DNA of 64,000 nucleotides from Spirochaetia bacterium (GTDB lineage Bacteria > Spirochaetota > Spirochaetia > UBA9216), in NCBI GenBank assembly GCA_965140585.1, contig OZ223269.1, positions 736,001 through 800,000 of the forward strand, written 5' to 3'. A model generated the notes under the pieces. The model saw only the letters and a list, made by a program, of their open reading frames with translations. It was not told the DNA's origin and made no database searches. Positions 20,672 to 30,060 of the stretch are shown piece by piece. A program made the position numbers and the translations under genes. Within the stretch, counting starts at the first letter, position 1, and every line of letters starts with the position of its first letter.

Positions 20672-21538
20672 TCAGGATTTAATATTTTTCATTGCTTCAT
20701 CTGCAAGATATGAACTGCGGACCAGCGGTGCGGATGAAACATGTAGAAATCCTAGTTTCATCGCTTTTTCCGCGTACATGTCAAACTGTTCCGGTGTAGT
20801 GTATTCGATTATCGGGTGATGTTTATCTGAAGGTGAAAGATACTGTCCGACTGTAAGAAAATCACAGCCGGCCTTTCTGAGATCACTGAAAACCTCAATA
20901 ACTTCATCGGTTTTTTCACCGAGTCCGGTCATCAGCCCTGATTTAGTGTAGATTTTATCAGAAAAAGTTTTTACTTTTTCAAGAAGTTCAAGTGACTGCC
21001 GGTAGTCGGCCATCGGACGCACTTCATCATAAAGCCGCGGTACAGTTTCAATGTTGTGATTTATAATATGAGGACCGGCATATATAACTTTTTTCAGGTC
21101 ATCGGTAACGCCCTGGAAATCAGGTATAAGAACCTCGATAATTACATCTGAATATGCTTTTTTTATTGCGGTAATTACATTCGCGAAATGATCGGAGCCG
21201 CCGTCGGGGAGATCGTCTCTTGTAACCGATGTTATAACGACATGTTTCAGCTTTAATTCTTTGACAGCCTGCGCAATATTCTCCGGTTCAGAAGATAATA
21301 CATCTTCAGGAGTTCCGCCTGATACGTTGCAGAAGGTACAGTTTCTCGTGCATACCTTTCCCAGAATCATAAAAGTAGCTGTTTTTCTGTTAAAGCATTC
21401 ACCCTTGTTCGGGCAGGCAGCTTCTTCGCAGACAGTATTAAGATTAAGAGACTCAAGAAGGTTTTCAACAAAGGAAAAATCAGCTCCCGCACGGTATCTT
21501 ACTTTAAGCCATTCCGGCCTGCCTGAATTAGATTTCAA
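20672..21538 (-). CDS. lipA: lipoyl synthase
   Basis: [20 protein letters not shown] and RSSY motifs. Confidence 0.97.
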   Translation of the reverse strand: MKSNSGRPEWLKVRYRAGADFSFVENLLESLNLNTVCEEAACPNKGECFNRKTATFMILGKVCTRNCTFCNVSGGTPEDVLSSEPENIAQAVKELKLKHVVITSVTRDDLPDGGSDHFANVITAIKKAYSDVIIEVLIPDFQGVTDDLKKVIYAGPHIINHNIETVPRLYDEVRPMADYRQSLELLEKVKTFSDKIYTKSGLMTGLGEKTDEVIEVFSDLRKAGCDFLTVGQYLSPSDKHHPIIEYTTPEQFDMYAEKAMKLGFLHVSSAPLVRSSYLADEAMKNIKS

Positions 21539-22205
21539 GTATTTCTCCTATGCTTTTCTCAGCAATGTCTACTCTGAAGACCTTCGAAAAATGTTTAAGT
21601 GTCAGTTGTTTTACCAGTTCAAAGTCGACTGCTTTCCGAAGTTCTTTCTCAAGAGACGTTACGCTGCGATCAGCCAGTCCGCAGGGAATTATCCAGTCAA
21701 AATGCCTCAGGTTGGTCTTTACATTAAATGCAAAGCCGTGAAAACTTATCCACTTCCGTACAGCTATCCCGATTGCTGTTATTTTTCTCGATCCGATATA
21801 TACGCCTGTGTATTTACCCTTGTCCGATGTTGTTTCAATTCCGTATTCTTCTTTAAGCAGATTCTCAATTACACTCTCAAGCATGCTGACATAAAGATGA
21901 AGATCCTTTCCGAATTCTTCAAGCCTCAGTATCGGGTATCCAACTAGCTGGCCGGGACCGTGATAGGTTACATCGCCTCCGCGTTCAACATCAAAGAGTT
22001 CAACGCCTTCATCTTTTAGCATATCGTCTGTGGCAAGAATGTTTTTTCTTTCGGTTCGCCGCCCCATAGTTAATACCGGGTTGTGCTCAACAAAGAAAAG
22101 GGTGTTTGAAAGTTTGTTCTGCTGAATGAGGGATACAGCCTTATGCTGTATCTCCAGGGCTTCACCGTAATTCATTCTGCCTAAATCAACAAAATTCAAA
22201 ATCAT
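21528..22205 (-). CDS. lipB: octanoyltransferase
   Basis: [38 protein letters not shown]. Start probably MILNF at 22205. Confidence 0.95.
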   Translation of the reverse strand: MILNFVDLGRMNYGEALEIQHKAVSLIQQNKLSNTLFFVEHNPVLTMGRRTERKNILATDDMLKDEGVELFDVERGGDVTYHGPGQLVGYPILRLEEFGKDLHLYVSMLESVIENLLKEEYGIETTSDKGKYTGVYIGSRKITAIGIAVRKWISFHGFAFNVKTNLRHFDWIIPCGLADRSVTSLEKELRKAVDFELVKQLTLKHFSKVFRVDIAEKSIGEILEI

Positions 22206-22331
22206 AAACAGGAGTATACTTAAAAACAGCAATTTTTAATAGAGAGGAAAATATTCTGAATTATTAACCAAATGTTGGTTTGCGAAAATTCGAAACTTCA
22301 TTATATAATATCCATATATGAGGAGAGGAAT

Positions 22332-23615
22332 ATGGACAGAGTGATTATCATTATTTTGGGCGGCGGAAAGGGTACCAGGCTTTATCCTCTTACAAAGGAA
22401 CGTGCAAAACCAGCAGTTTCTTTCGGCGGAAAATACAGACTTATTGACATCGCCATATCAAACAGTATTAATTCCGGTTTCAGACAGATTTATATTCTTA
22501 CCCAGTTTGAATCGGCATCGCTTAACCTTCATGTCAACAGGGCATATCAGTTTGATGTATTTTCAAAGGGCTTTGTTGAAATCCTTGCAGCCTCACAGAC
22601 TCATTCAAGCAGCGGATGGTATGAGGGCACAGCTGATGCTGTAAGAAAAAACCTTCAGCGTTTTGCAGATAACCAGCCCACGCATTATATGATTTTATCC
22701 GGAGACCAGCTGTATAAGATGGATTTAAAAGATTTCCTGAACAAGCACAAGGAACGGGCTGCCGAAATTTCTATTGCATCCACCCCTGTTACAAGGACAG
22801 ATGCTAATGAACTTGGAATACTTCAGACGGATAATAAAAATACAATCGACATGTTTCTTGAAAAGCCGGGTCCCAGCCTGGATATAAATGATTATAAAAT
22901 TCCCCAGGAAGTTGCCGAACGTAACTCGATACGACCGGAATCCGGAAAAGACTATCTGGCTTCTATGGGTATCTATCTTTTTAATGCTGATGTTATGCAC
23001 AGATGTCTGGAATCTGACTTCACCGATTTCGGCAAGGAGATTATTCCGGAGGCTATAAAAAGTCTTAATGTTAAATCATATGTATACAACGGCTATTGGG
23101 AGGATATCGGAACGATTAAAAACTTCTATGAGGCTAACATCAACCTTGCTTCAATAGAGCCGAACTTCAATCTGTATGATGAAGAAAACCCTGTATATAA
23201 CTATAGAAGGCATCTTCCTCCCTCAAAAATCAATTCCTGTACTTTCAAACAGTCTCTTGCAGCTGAAGGCTCAATTATAACTGATGCATCAATCTCATAT
23301 TCAATTGTCGGTGCAAGAACCATAATTTCAGATGGAGCTACACTTGACGGCGTATACTGTATGGGTGCCGACTTTTATGAAACACCCGAGCAGATAGAAG
23401 ATAACAGAAAGAAGAATATTCCGAATGTGGGCATAGGCCGCGGCGCTATCATAAAAAGGGCAATAATCGATAAAAACGCCAGAATAGGCGCTCACTGTCG
23501 TATAGGAATAGATAATTTTGAGCGCAGGGACGGAGATTACGGCAATTATCATATAGTTGACGGAGTTCTGATTATTCATAAAAATGCAATTCTTCAGGAT
23601 GGAACTGCAATCTGA
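22332..23615 (+). CDS. glgC: glucose-1-phosphate adenylyltransferase (plant/cyanobacterial-like type)
   Basis: ILGGGKGTRLYPLT, RAKPAVSFGGKYRLID, GTADAVR, MGADFYE; AGGAG SD. Confidence 0.96.
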   Translation: MDRVIIIILGGGKGTRLYPLTKERAKPAVSFGGKYRLIDIAISNSINSGFRQIYILTQFESASLNLHVNRAYQFDVFSKGFVEILAASQTHSSSGWYEGTADAVRKNLQRFADNQPTHYMILSGDQLYKMDLKDFLNKHKERAAEISIASTPVTRTDANELGILQTDNKNTIDMFLEKPGPSLDINDYKIPQEVAERNSIRPESGKDYLASMGIYLFNADVMHRCLESDFTDFGKEIIPEAIKSLNVKSYVYNGYWEDIGTIKNFYEANINLASIEPNFNLYDEENPVYNYRRHLPPSKINSCTFKQSLAAEGSIITDASISYSIVGARTIISDGATLDGVYCMGADFYETPEQIEDNRKKNIPNVGIGRGAIIKRAIIDKNARIGAHCRIGIDNFERRDGDYGNYHIVDGVLIIHKNAILQDGTAI

Positions 23616-25612
23616 AAAACAATAAACCTTTTAACCAGCTGATTCAGGAAGATTCCTATCTCTCGCCCTATGCCGGAAATCTTCAGAGACGAATAGATCT
23701 GTATAACTACAGGAAGCATCACCTGCTTGAAAGTATCGAAGGTTTCGGCAGGTCATTTGAATATTACGGAGTTCATAAACAGGGCAAAAACACCTGTATA
23801 CGCGAATGGGCTCCTAACGCTGATGAAATGTATCTGCTATCGGACCGGACCTCATGGCTCTGTTCGGATGATTACCGGTTCAGCCGTCTGAATGAACACG
23901 GGGACTGGGAAATTATACTGCCTGAAGGTGTGCTGGAACATGGAGATTATTTCAGGCTTTATCTGAAGTGGAAGGGCGGTGAAGGTGACCGTATTCCTGC
24001 ATATGCCACAAGGGTTGAGCAGGACAGTCAGACATACATTTACTGCTCACGAATGTGGAACCCGGCGCAGGAATATAAATGGTCTGTAAAAGATTTTACC
24101 CCATCCAGGGAACCGGTTATTTACGAAGCCCACATTGGAATGGCGGCGGAACATTATGGTATAGGGACATTCAATGAATTTCGTGAGAATGTCCTGCCGA
24201 GAATAATCTCTGCGGGCTTTAATACCGTTCAGTTTATGGCCCTCATGGAACATCCTTATTACGGGTCCTTCGGTTATCAGGTTGCTAATTTCTTTGCATT
24301 AAGTTCCAAATACGGGACACCCGATGAATTCAAGTTTCTGGTAGATGAATGTCACCGCAACGGTGTAGCTGTAATTATGGATCTTGTTCACAGCCATGCG
24401 GTTAAAAATGAACTTGAGGGCTTAAGTAATTTCGATGGAACCCCCTATCTGTATTTTCATGAGGGGCCCCGCGGATATCATCCGGCATGGGATTCAAGAT
24501 GCTTTGACTATTCCAACAGCAATGTGATTAATTTTCTGCTTTCAAACTGTGTCTACTGGATTGAAGAATACCATATTGATGGCTACCGTTTTGACGGTGT
24601 GACAAGTATGCTCTATCATGATCACGGTCTGGGAGCTTCCTTTGATAACTATGACAAGTATTTCGGCGCCAATACTGATGAAGATGCCGTATGCTACCTT
24701 TCTCTTGCAAATCATCTGATACACAGCATTAAACCTGATTTTATTACTATTGCCGAAGATATGAGCGGTATGCCGGGAATGGCAAGGGAGGCAGAAGCGG
24801 GGGGCTGCGGCTTTGATTACCGCTTGGCAATGGGTATACCTGATTTCTGGATAAAGTTGCTTAAGGAAAAGAGCGATGAACAGTGGAGTCCCGGCGAAAT
24901 ATGGGGAGTGCTTAATAACCGCAGATTTACTGAAAAGCATATAGCATATTCTGAAAGTCATGACCAGGCGCTGGTTGGCGATAAAACCCTTATATTCCGC
25001 ATGCTTGATTCTGCTATGTATACAGATATGTCTATCGGTACCCAATCGTTAACAGTCAGCCGGGGAATTGCCCTTATAAAGATAATAAATATGCTTACAT
25101 TCTCCCTGGGCGGAGACGGTTATATGTGTTTTATGGGGAATGAATTCGGCCATCCGGAATGGATTGATTTTCCAAGGGAGGGAAACGGCTGGAGCTATCA
25201 TTATGCAAGGCGTCAATGGTCTCTCAGCAGCAACAGGGATTTGAGGTACGGAAGAATACTGGAATTTACTGGTGATATGCTTCATCTGTGCAGTGATGTT
25301 CTTAAGAGCAGTCATCCGGGCCTTCTTTGTCTTCACGAAGATGATCAAGTTCTTGCCTATAGCCGGGGAGAGCTGTATTTTATAGTCAATATGAGCGGAA
25401 CTAAGTCATACCGTGACTACAGAATAAATGTTCCTGCGGGAAGTTATCATCTTCTTCTTGATTCTGATTCAGAAAAGTACGATGGTAGTGGAAGGATCCC
25501 CGGTAATCTTGTACTTAAAGCTGCAGATTACAAAAGCGATTCCGGTTGGATTACTCCATACCTTCCGACAAGGACAGTCCTTGTCTTCAGAAGGACAAGT
25601 CCCGGAGGATAA
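23612..25612 (+). CDS. glgB: 1,4-alpha-glucan branching enzyme, GH13_8 (eukaryote/Bacteroides-like); probable CTG start
   Basis: EHPYYGSFGYQV, DLVHSH, DGYRFDGVTSM, AEDMSG, ESHDQALVGDKT, FMGNEFGHPEWIDFPR. The conserved N-terminus (LIQEDSYLSPY...YYGVH...REWAPNA) lies in frame upstream of ATG 23828. Confidence 0.93.
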   Translation: MKNNKPFNQLIQEDSYLSPYAGNLQRRIDLYNYRKHHLLESIEGFGRSFEYYGVHKQGKNTCIREWAPNADEMYLLSDRTSWLCSDDYRFSRLNEHGDWEIILPEGVLEHGDYFRLYLKWKGGEGDRIPAYATRVEQDSQTYIYCSRMWNPAQEYKWSVKDFTPSREPVIYEAHIGMAAEHYGIGTFNEFRENVLPRIISAGFNTVQFMALMEHPYYGSFGYQVANFFALSSKYGTPDEFKFLVDECHRNGVAVIMDLVHSHAVKNELEGLSNFDGTPYLYFHEGPRGYHPAWDSRCFDYSNSNVINFLLSNCVYWIEEYHIDGYRFDGVTSMLYHDHGLGASFDNYDKYFGANTDEDAVCYLSLANHLIHSIKPDFITIAEDMSGMPGMAREAEAGGCGFDYRLAMGIPDFWIKLLKEKSDEQWSPGEIWGVLNNRRFTEKHIAYSESHDQALVGDKTLIFRMLDSAMYTDMSIGTQSLTVSRGIALIKIINMLTFSLGGDGYMCFMGNEFGHPEWIDFPREGNGWSYHYARRQWSLSSNRDLRYGRILEFTGDMLHLCSDVLKSSHPGLLCLHEDDQVLAYSRGELYFIVNMSGTKSYRDYRINVPAGSYHLLLDSDSEKYDGSGRIPGNLVLKAADYKSDSGWITPYLPTRTVLVFRRTSPGG

Positions 25613-25613
25613 G

Positions 25614-27587
25614 ATGACTCCATTAGACAGAATCAAAAGTATAGTAACTGACACCTTTGAAGGACTGACATCCGAATGGCTGATAACTAATTCAAAGGGC
25701 GGATTTTCATCATCTACTGCCATAGGCTGCCATACAAGGAAATATCACGGACTGCTTGTTACCACTCTTCCGGAAAGAGAGGGGCGCATTCATTTTCTCT
25801 CATCCATAGAAGAAAATATTAATAGCTCCAGTCAAATCAGGCTTGGGAATAATATATACCCCGGAGTGATGTATCCGGAGGGATATGGATATATCAGGGA
25901 ATTCGGTACTCTTCCGGTTCCGACATGGATTTACAGTTTCGGTGATATTCTTTTGAAGAAAGAGATACTGATGCGTGATGAAGAGGCTTCAGTATTAATT
26001 GTATATACCCTTATGGAAGGTGAGGAAACTCTTCCCGTTGAACTGAGGCTGCTTTTTACCTTTCGCGACAGCCACACAACAACCAGAGAAAATATAGATT
26101 TAAAAAAAGATATCAGCTTCAGTCAGGATGGGTATAGTATTCAGCCTTATTCAATGCTGCCTCCGGCCTATGTTTCATTCAGCGGAGACTGGGCGCATTT
26201 TGGTGATTTTTACTGGGATCATAATGTCATATATGAAATTGAACGGGAGAGAGGTCTGGATTTTGAAGAGGATCGCTTTGTTCCCGGACATGAAAAAATC
26301 ACACTGAATAAGGGGCAGCCATTCGTTGTAAAAGTTTCAGCAGGTGCAGAAAACAGATCTGACGGAGATACTGTTGAAGAATACGGTAAAATCCTGGCTA
26401 AAAAGATAAGTTTTACAGAAAACATTAAAACAGATAAGGATCTGCTTTCACTGGGAGCAAATGATTTTCTTGTCAGCAGTTTTTCCGGTCTGAAATCGGT
26501 TAATGCCGGTTATCCGTGGTTCGGAGAGTGGGGTCGGGATACCATGATAGCGCTTCCGGGGCTTACCTGGTGCAACGGCAATCTTGCCTGGGGGCTTGAT
26601 GTTTTAAAAGATTATGCTGGTATGATTAAAAACGGCATGCTGCCTAATACTATCGGTGAGTCACAGGGCTTTACGTCCTACAATTCAATTGATGCAGGTC
26701 TGCTTTACTGCAGGGCGGTTATGAAACTCTTAGAGTACGGCTACGGAAATAAGTCCGGTGAAGTGGATTTTATACGTTCTGTTTTGTTTCCGGCAGTCAC
26801 GAGCATCGTGGAAGCCTTTTTGAATAATATCGTCCCTGAAACAAGACTTGATTCCAGCGGGCTGATATCCACCGGAAATGAAAATACTCAGCTCACCTGG
26901 ATGGATGCTACTTCCAAAGGGAAGCCTGTAACATCAAGGCACGGCTATGCAGTAGAGCTTAATGCAATGTGGTATGACAGCTTTATCCTCATTAAAAAGC
27001 TCTGCGCAATGATAAAAACAGACGTACCGGCCTATGCGGATGAGTATATCAATAAATTACCTGCAGCTTTTAAAGAGGCTTTCTGGAATGTGGAAGATGG
27101 CTTTTTAAGCGATACCTGTGTGAACGGTGCGGCGGATCATAAGCTGAGGCCTAATCTTCTGTTTGCAACCTCAGCTTCAGATGGTCTTATTGATCGTGAT
27201 ATAAGAAGAGCATCAATAAATATGGTAAAAGAGAAACTTCTTACACCAATGGGATTAAGAACCTTGTCTCCGGATCATTCCGATTTCCGGGGAGAATATA
27301 CAGGCGGTTCTGATGAAAGGGATGCAAAATACCACCAGGGAACTGTATGGCCCTGGCTGATTGGTGTCATGGTTGAATCAAGTCTTCTATATTGCGAAGA
27401 TAAGAAAAAAGAATTAAAATTCTGGGGTGATTATCTGGATAATCTTCTTGATAATCATTTATACAGGCAGGGTGTGGGTTATATTTCCGAAATCTTCGAC
27501 GGGGCAATGCCGGAGAACGGAAAGGGATGCTTCGCACAGGCCTGGAGTACCGGTGAATTATTAAGGGCATACTCTCTGCTGAAATAA
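25614..27587 (+). CDS. amylo-alpha-1,6-glucosidase (GH133, GDE_N + GDE_C)
   Basis: EWLITNSKGGFSS, TRKYHGLL, AGYPWFGEWGRDTMI, QLTWMDA, YHQGTVWPWL, AQAWS. Start MTPLD at 25614 behind GGAGGA. Confidence 0.92.
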   Translation: MTPLDRIKSIVTDTFEGLTSEWLITNSKGGFSSSTAIGCHTRKYHGLLVTTLPEREGRIHFLSSIEENINSSSQIRLGNNIYPGVMYPEGYGYIREFGTLPVPTWIYSFGDILLKKEILMRDEEASVLIVYTLMEGEETLPVELRLLFTFRDSHTTTRENIDLKKDISFSQDGYSIQPYSMLPPAYVSFSGDWAHFGDFYWDHNVIYEIERERGLDFEEDRFVPGHEKITLNKGQPFVVKVSAGAENRSDGDTVEEYGKILAKKISFTENIKTDKDLLSLGANDFLVSSFSGLKSVNAGYPWFGEWGRDTMIALPGLTWCNGNLAWGLDVLKDYAGMIKNGMLPNTIGESQGFTSYNSIDAGLLYCRAVMKLLEYGYGNKSGEVDFIRSVLFPAVTSIVEAFLNNIVPETRLDSSGLISTGNENTQLTWMDATSKGKPVTSRHGYAVELNAMWYDSFILIKKLCAMIKTDVPAYADEYINKLPAAFKEAFWNVEDGFLSDTCVNGAADHKLRPNLLFATSASDGLIDRDIRRASINMVKEKLLTPMGLRTLSPDHSDFRGEYTGGSDERDAKYHQGTVWPWLIGVMVESSLLYCEDKKKELKFWGDYLDNLLDNHLYRQGVGYISEIFDGAMPENGKGCFAQAWSTGELLRAYSLLK

Positions 27588-27615
27588 AGGAGAGTCCTTG
27601 CCGCAAGGAGCGGTT

Positions 27616-30060
27616 ATGCAGAATACCTATGGGTTACCTGAAAAAGGTATAAGTACCGAAGAAATCAAACAGGGATTTCTTGAACATCTTAAATACAGCC
27701 TTGCTGTGAAGCTTGAGAACAGCCACAGTACAGACAAGTATATTGCCCTTGCTTTTATGGTAAGGGATCGAATAATTGACCGGTGGTTTGCCTCCAAAAA
27801 AACACACGAAGAGCAGAAATTAAAATTCATTAACTATTTCTCTTTTGAATTCCTTATGGGCAGATCAATGTCAAATAACATGATCAACCTCGGGATAAAG
27901 AATGAAGTAGATGCAATGCTTGAGGAAGTAGGTGTTGAATGGGAGGATATAAGCGCTGCGATGGTTGACAGCGGCCTTGGGAACGGCGGCCTTGGAAGAC
28001 TTGCCGCCTGCTTTCTTGATTCGCTGGCTACTCTGGAGTTTCCTGCCTACGGGTACGGGCTGCGGTATAAGTATGGTTTTTTCAAGCAGACCATAGTCAA
28101 CGGCTACCAGGTTGAGGAGGCTGATGACTGGCTTCGTTTCAAGAATCCATGGGAGATAAGGCGGAATGATATTCCGGTTACCGTACAGTTCGGCGGCCGT
28201 GTAGCGAGAAACAAGAAAGGCCGCTGCTTCTGGGTTGATACAAACGATATTATCGGTGTTCCGTATGATACGCCTATAGTCGGTTATGGAGGAAACACTG
28301 TTAATACCCTGCGACTCTGGGATTCCAAAAGTTCGGAACAGTTTGATTTTCAGGCGTTTAATCAGGGGGATTACTATAACACTGTTGATGAAGAGGTTCT
28401 TGCTGAAACATTAACACAGGTTCTGTATCCGAACGACGCAATTTATTCAGGCAAGGAATTGAGGTTCAAGCAGCAGTTTTTCTTTGTCAGTGCTTCTTTG
28501 CAGGATATATTCAGAAGATTCAAACGCCTGAATGAGCCTATAGAGAATCTCAGTAATTATATGGCTATTCAGCTCAATGATACCCATCCTGCAATTGCAG
28601 TCCCGGAACTTATGCGTATTCTTGTGGATATTGAAGAAATTGACTGGGATACAGCCTGGGATGTAACAAGAGCATGTCTGGGATATACGAACCACACATT
28701 GATGCCTGAAGCCCTTGAAACATGGCCTGTAAGCATGTTTGAACGCTTTCTGCCGCGTCATCTTGAGATAATCTACCAGATTAACCATTTCTTCCTACAG
28801 AAGGTCACAGGGATGTATCCGGGTGATATGGGAAAACTTTCCCGGCTTTCGCTTATAGAAGAGCATGGTGAAAAAAGGATAAGAATGGCACCTCTTGCAA
28901 TTCTTGGTTCACATTCTGTAAACGGGGTTGCTGAAATCCATTCAAAACTGATTAAAGAACGGCTTGTTCCCGATTTCTATGAAATATTCCCGGAGCGTTT
29001 TAATAACAAAACAAATGGGATAACTCAGCGAAGATGGCTTCGCAAGGCAAATAAACCGCTTTCCGAGCTGATCACCTCGAGTATCGGGGATGGATGGATT
29101 ACAAATCTCTCGGAACTCAAGGGTCTTAAAAAGCACGTTGATGACAGTTCCTTCCTTGAAAAACTAGATCAGGTTAAAAAGCAGGGCAAGATTGATCTTG
29201 CAGCGCACTGTAAGAAAGAATTCGGTTTCATAATGGATCCGGAATCCATTTTTGATATTCATGTTAAACGTATACATGAATATAAAAGACAGCTGCTTAA
29301 TGTCCTGCATATTATAGTTTTATACAACAGGATAAGATCCGGGGAGAGAATATACCCCAGAACTTTTATATTCAGCGGTAAAGCTGCTCCGGGCTATGAT
29401 ATGGCCAAAATGATAATTAAGCTTATAAATAATGTAAGCCATGTTATTAACGGCGATCGAAAAGTAAGTGAGATGCTGAAGGTCTTTTTCCTTCCCAATT
29501 ACAGCGTTTCTCTTGCTGAGAAGATTTTTCCGGCTGCAGAGATTTCTGAACAGATATCCACCGCCGGCACAGAGGCTTCAGGTACGAGCAATATGAAATT
29601 CATGCTTAACGGAGCTCTTACAATGGGAACGCTGGACGGAGCGAATATTGAGATTGTTGAGGAAGCCGGTGAAGAAAATATGTTCATCTTCGGAATGAAA
29701 ACAGAAGAAGTCACTGAAAAAAGAAACGGTTATAAACCGGTAGACTATCTTCTCAATTACCCGGAGATAGCTGAAATCTTCAAACTTATGAACAGCGGCT
29801 TTTTCAATATCAGCGAACCGGGGATTTTTGATCAGCTTATAAAGAATCTTATGGATTATGATTACTATATGAATCTTGCTGATCTTCCGGCATACATCGA
29901 TGCACAGAAACTTGTTGAAACCAGATACAGGGACAGGGAGTCCTGGCTGAAATCTTCACTGATTAACATTGCAAGCGCAGGGAAATTTTCTTCAGACAGG
30001 ACTATAAATGAGTATGCTAAAGACATATGGGACCTGAAGCCCTGCCATGTTAAAAAATAA
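27616..30060 (+). CDS. glgP: glycogen phosphorylase
   Basis: GLGNGGLGRLAACF, QLNDTHP, KRIHEYKRQ, EASGTSNMK. ATG 27616 behind AAGGAG; TTG 27598 is an alternative start. Confidence 0.97.
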   Translation: MQNTYGLPEKGISTEEIKQGFLEHLKYSLAVKLENSHSTDKYIALAFMVRDRIIDRWFASKKTHEEQKLKFINYFSFEFLMGRSMSNNMINLGIKNEVDAMLEEVGVEWEDISAAMVDSGLGNGGLGRLAACFLDSLATLEFPAYGYGLRYKYGFFKQTIVNGYQVEEADDWLRFKNPWEIRRNDIPVTVQFGGRVARNKKGRCFWVDTNDIIGVPYDTPIVGYGGNTVNTLRLWDSKSSEQFDFQAFNQGDYYNTVDEEVLAETLTQVLYPNDAIYSGKELRFKQQFFFVSASLQDIFRRFKRLNEPIENLSNYMAIQLNDTHPAIAVPELMRILVDIEEIDWDTAWDVTRACLGYTNHTLMPEALETWPVSMFERFLPRHLEIIYQINHFFLQKVTGMYPGDMGKLSRLSLIEEHGEKRIRMAPLAILGSHSVNGVAEIHSKLIKERLVPDFYEIFPERFNNKTNGITQRRWLRKANKPLSELITSSIGDGWITNLSELKGLKKHVDDSSFLEKLDQVKKQGKIDLAAHCKKEFGFIMDPESIFDIHVKRIHEYKRQLLNVLHIIVLYNRIRSGERIYPRTFIFSGKAAPGYDMAKMIIKLINNVSHVINGDRKVSEMLKVFFLPNYSVSLAEKIFPAAEISEQISTAGTEASGTSNMKFMLNGALTMGTLDGANIEIVEEAGEENMFIFGMKTEEVTEKRNGYKPVDYLLNYPEIAEIFKLMNSGFFNISEPGIFDQLIKNLMDYDYYMNLADLPAYIDAQKLVETRYRDRESWLKSSLINIASAGKFSSDRTINEYAKDIWDLKPCHVKK

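Noticed and set aside
21261-21947. 228-aa plus-strand ORF and the other short overlapping ORFs in the track
   Set aside because: They are antisense or off-frame shadows of well-supported genes (here lipA/lipB) with no motifs.
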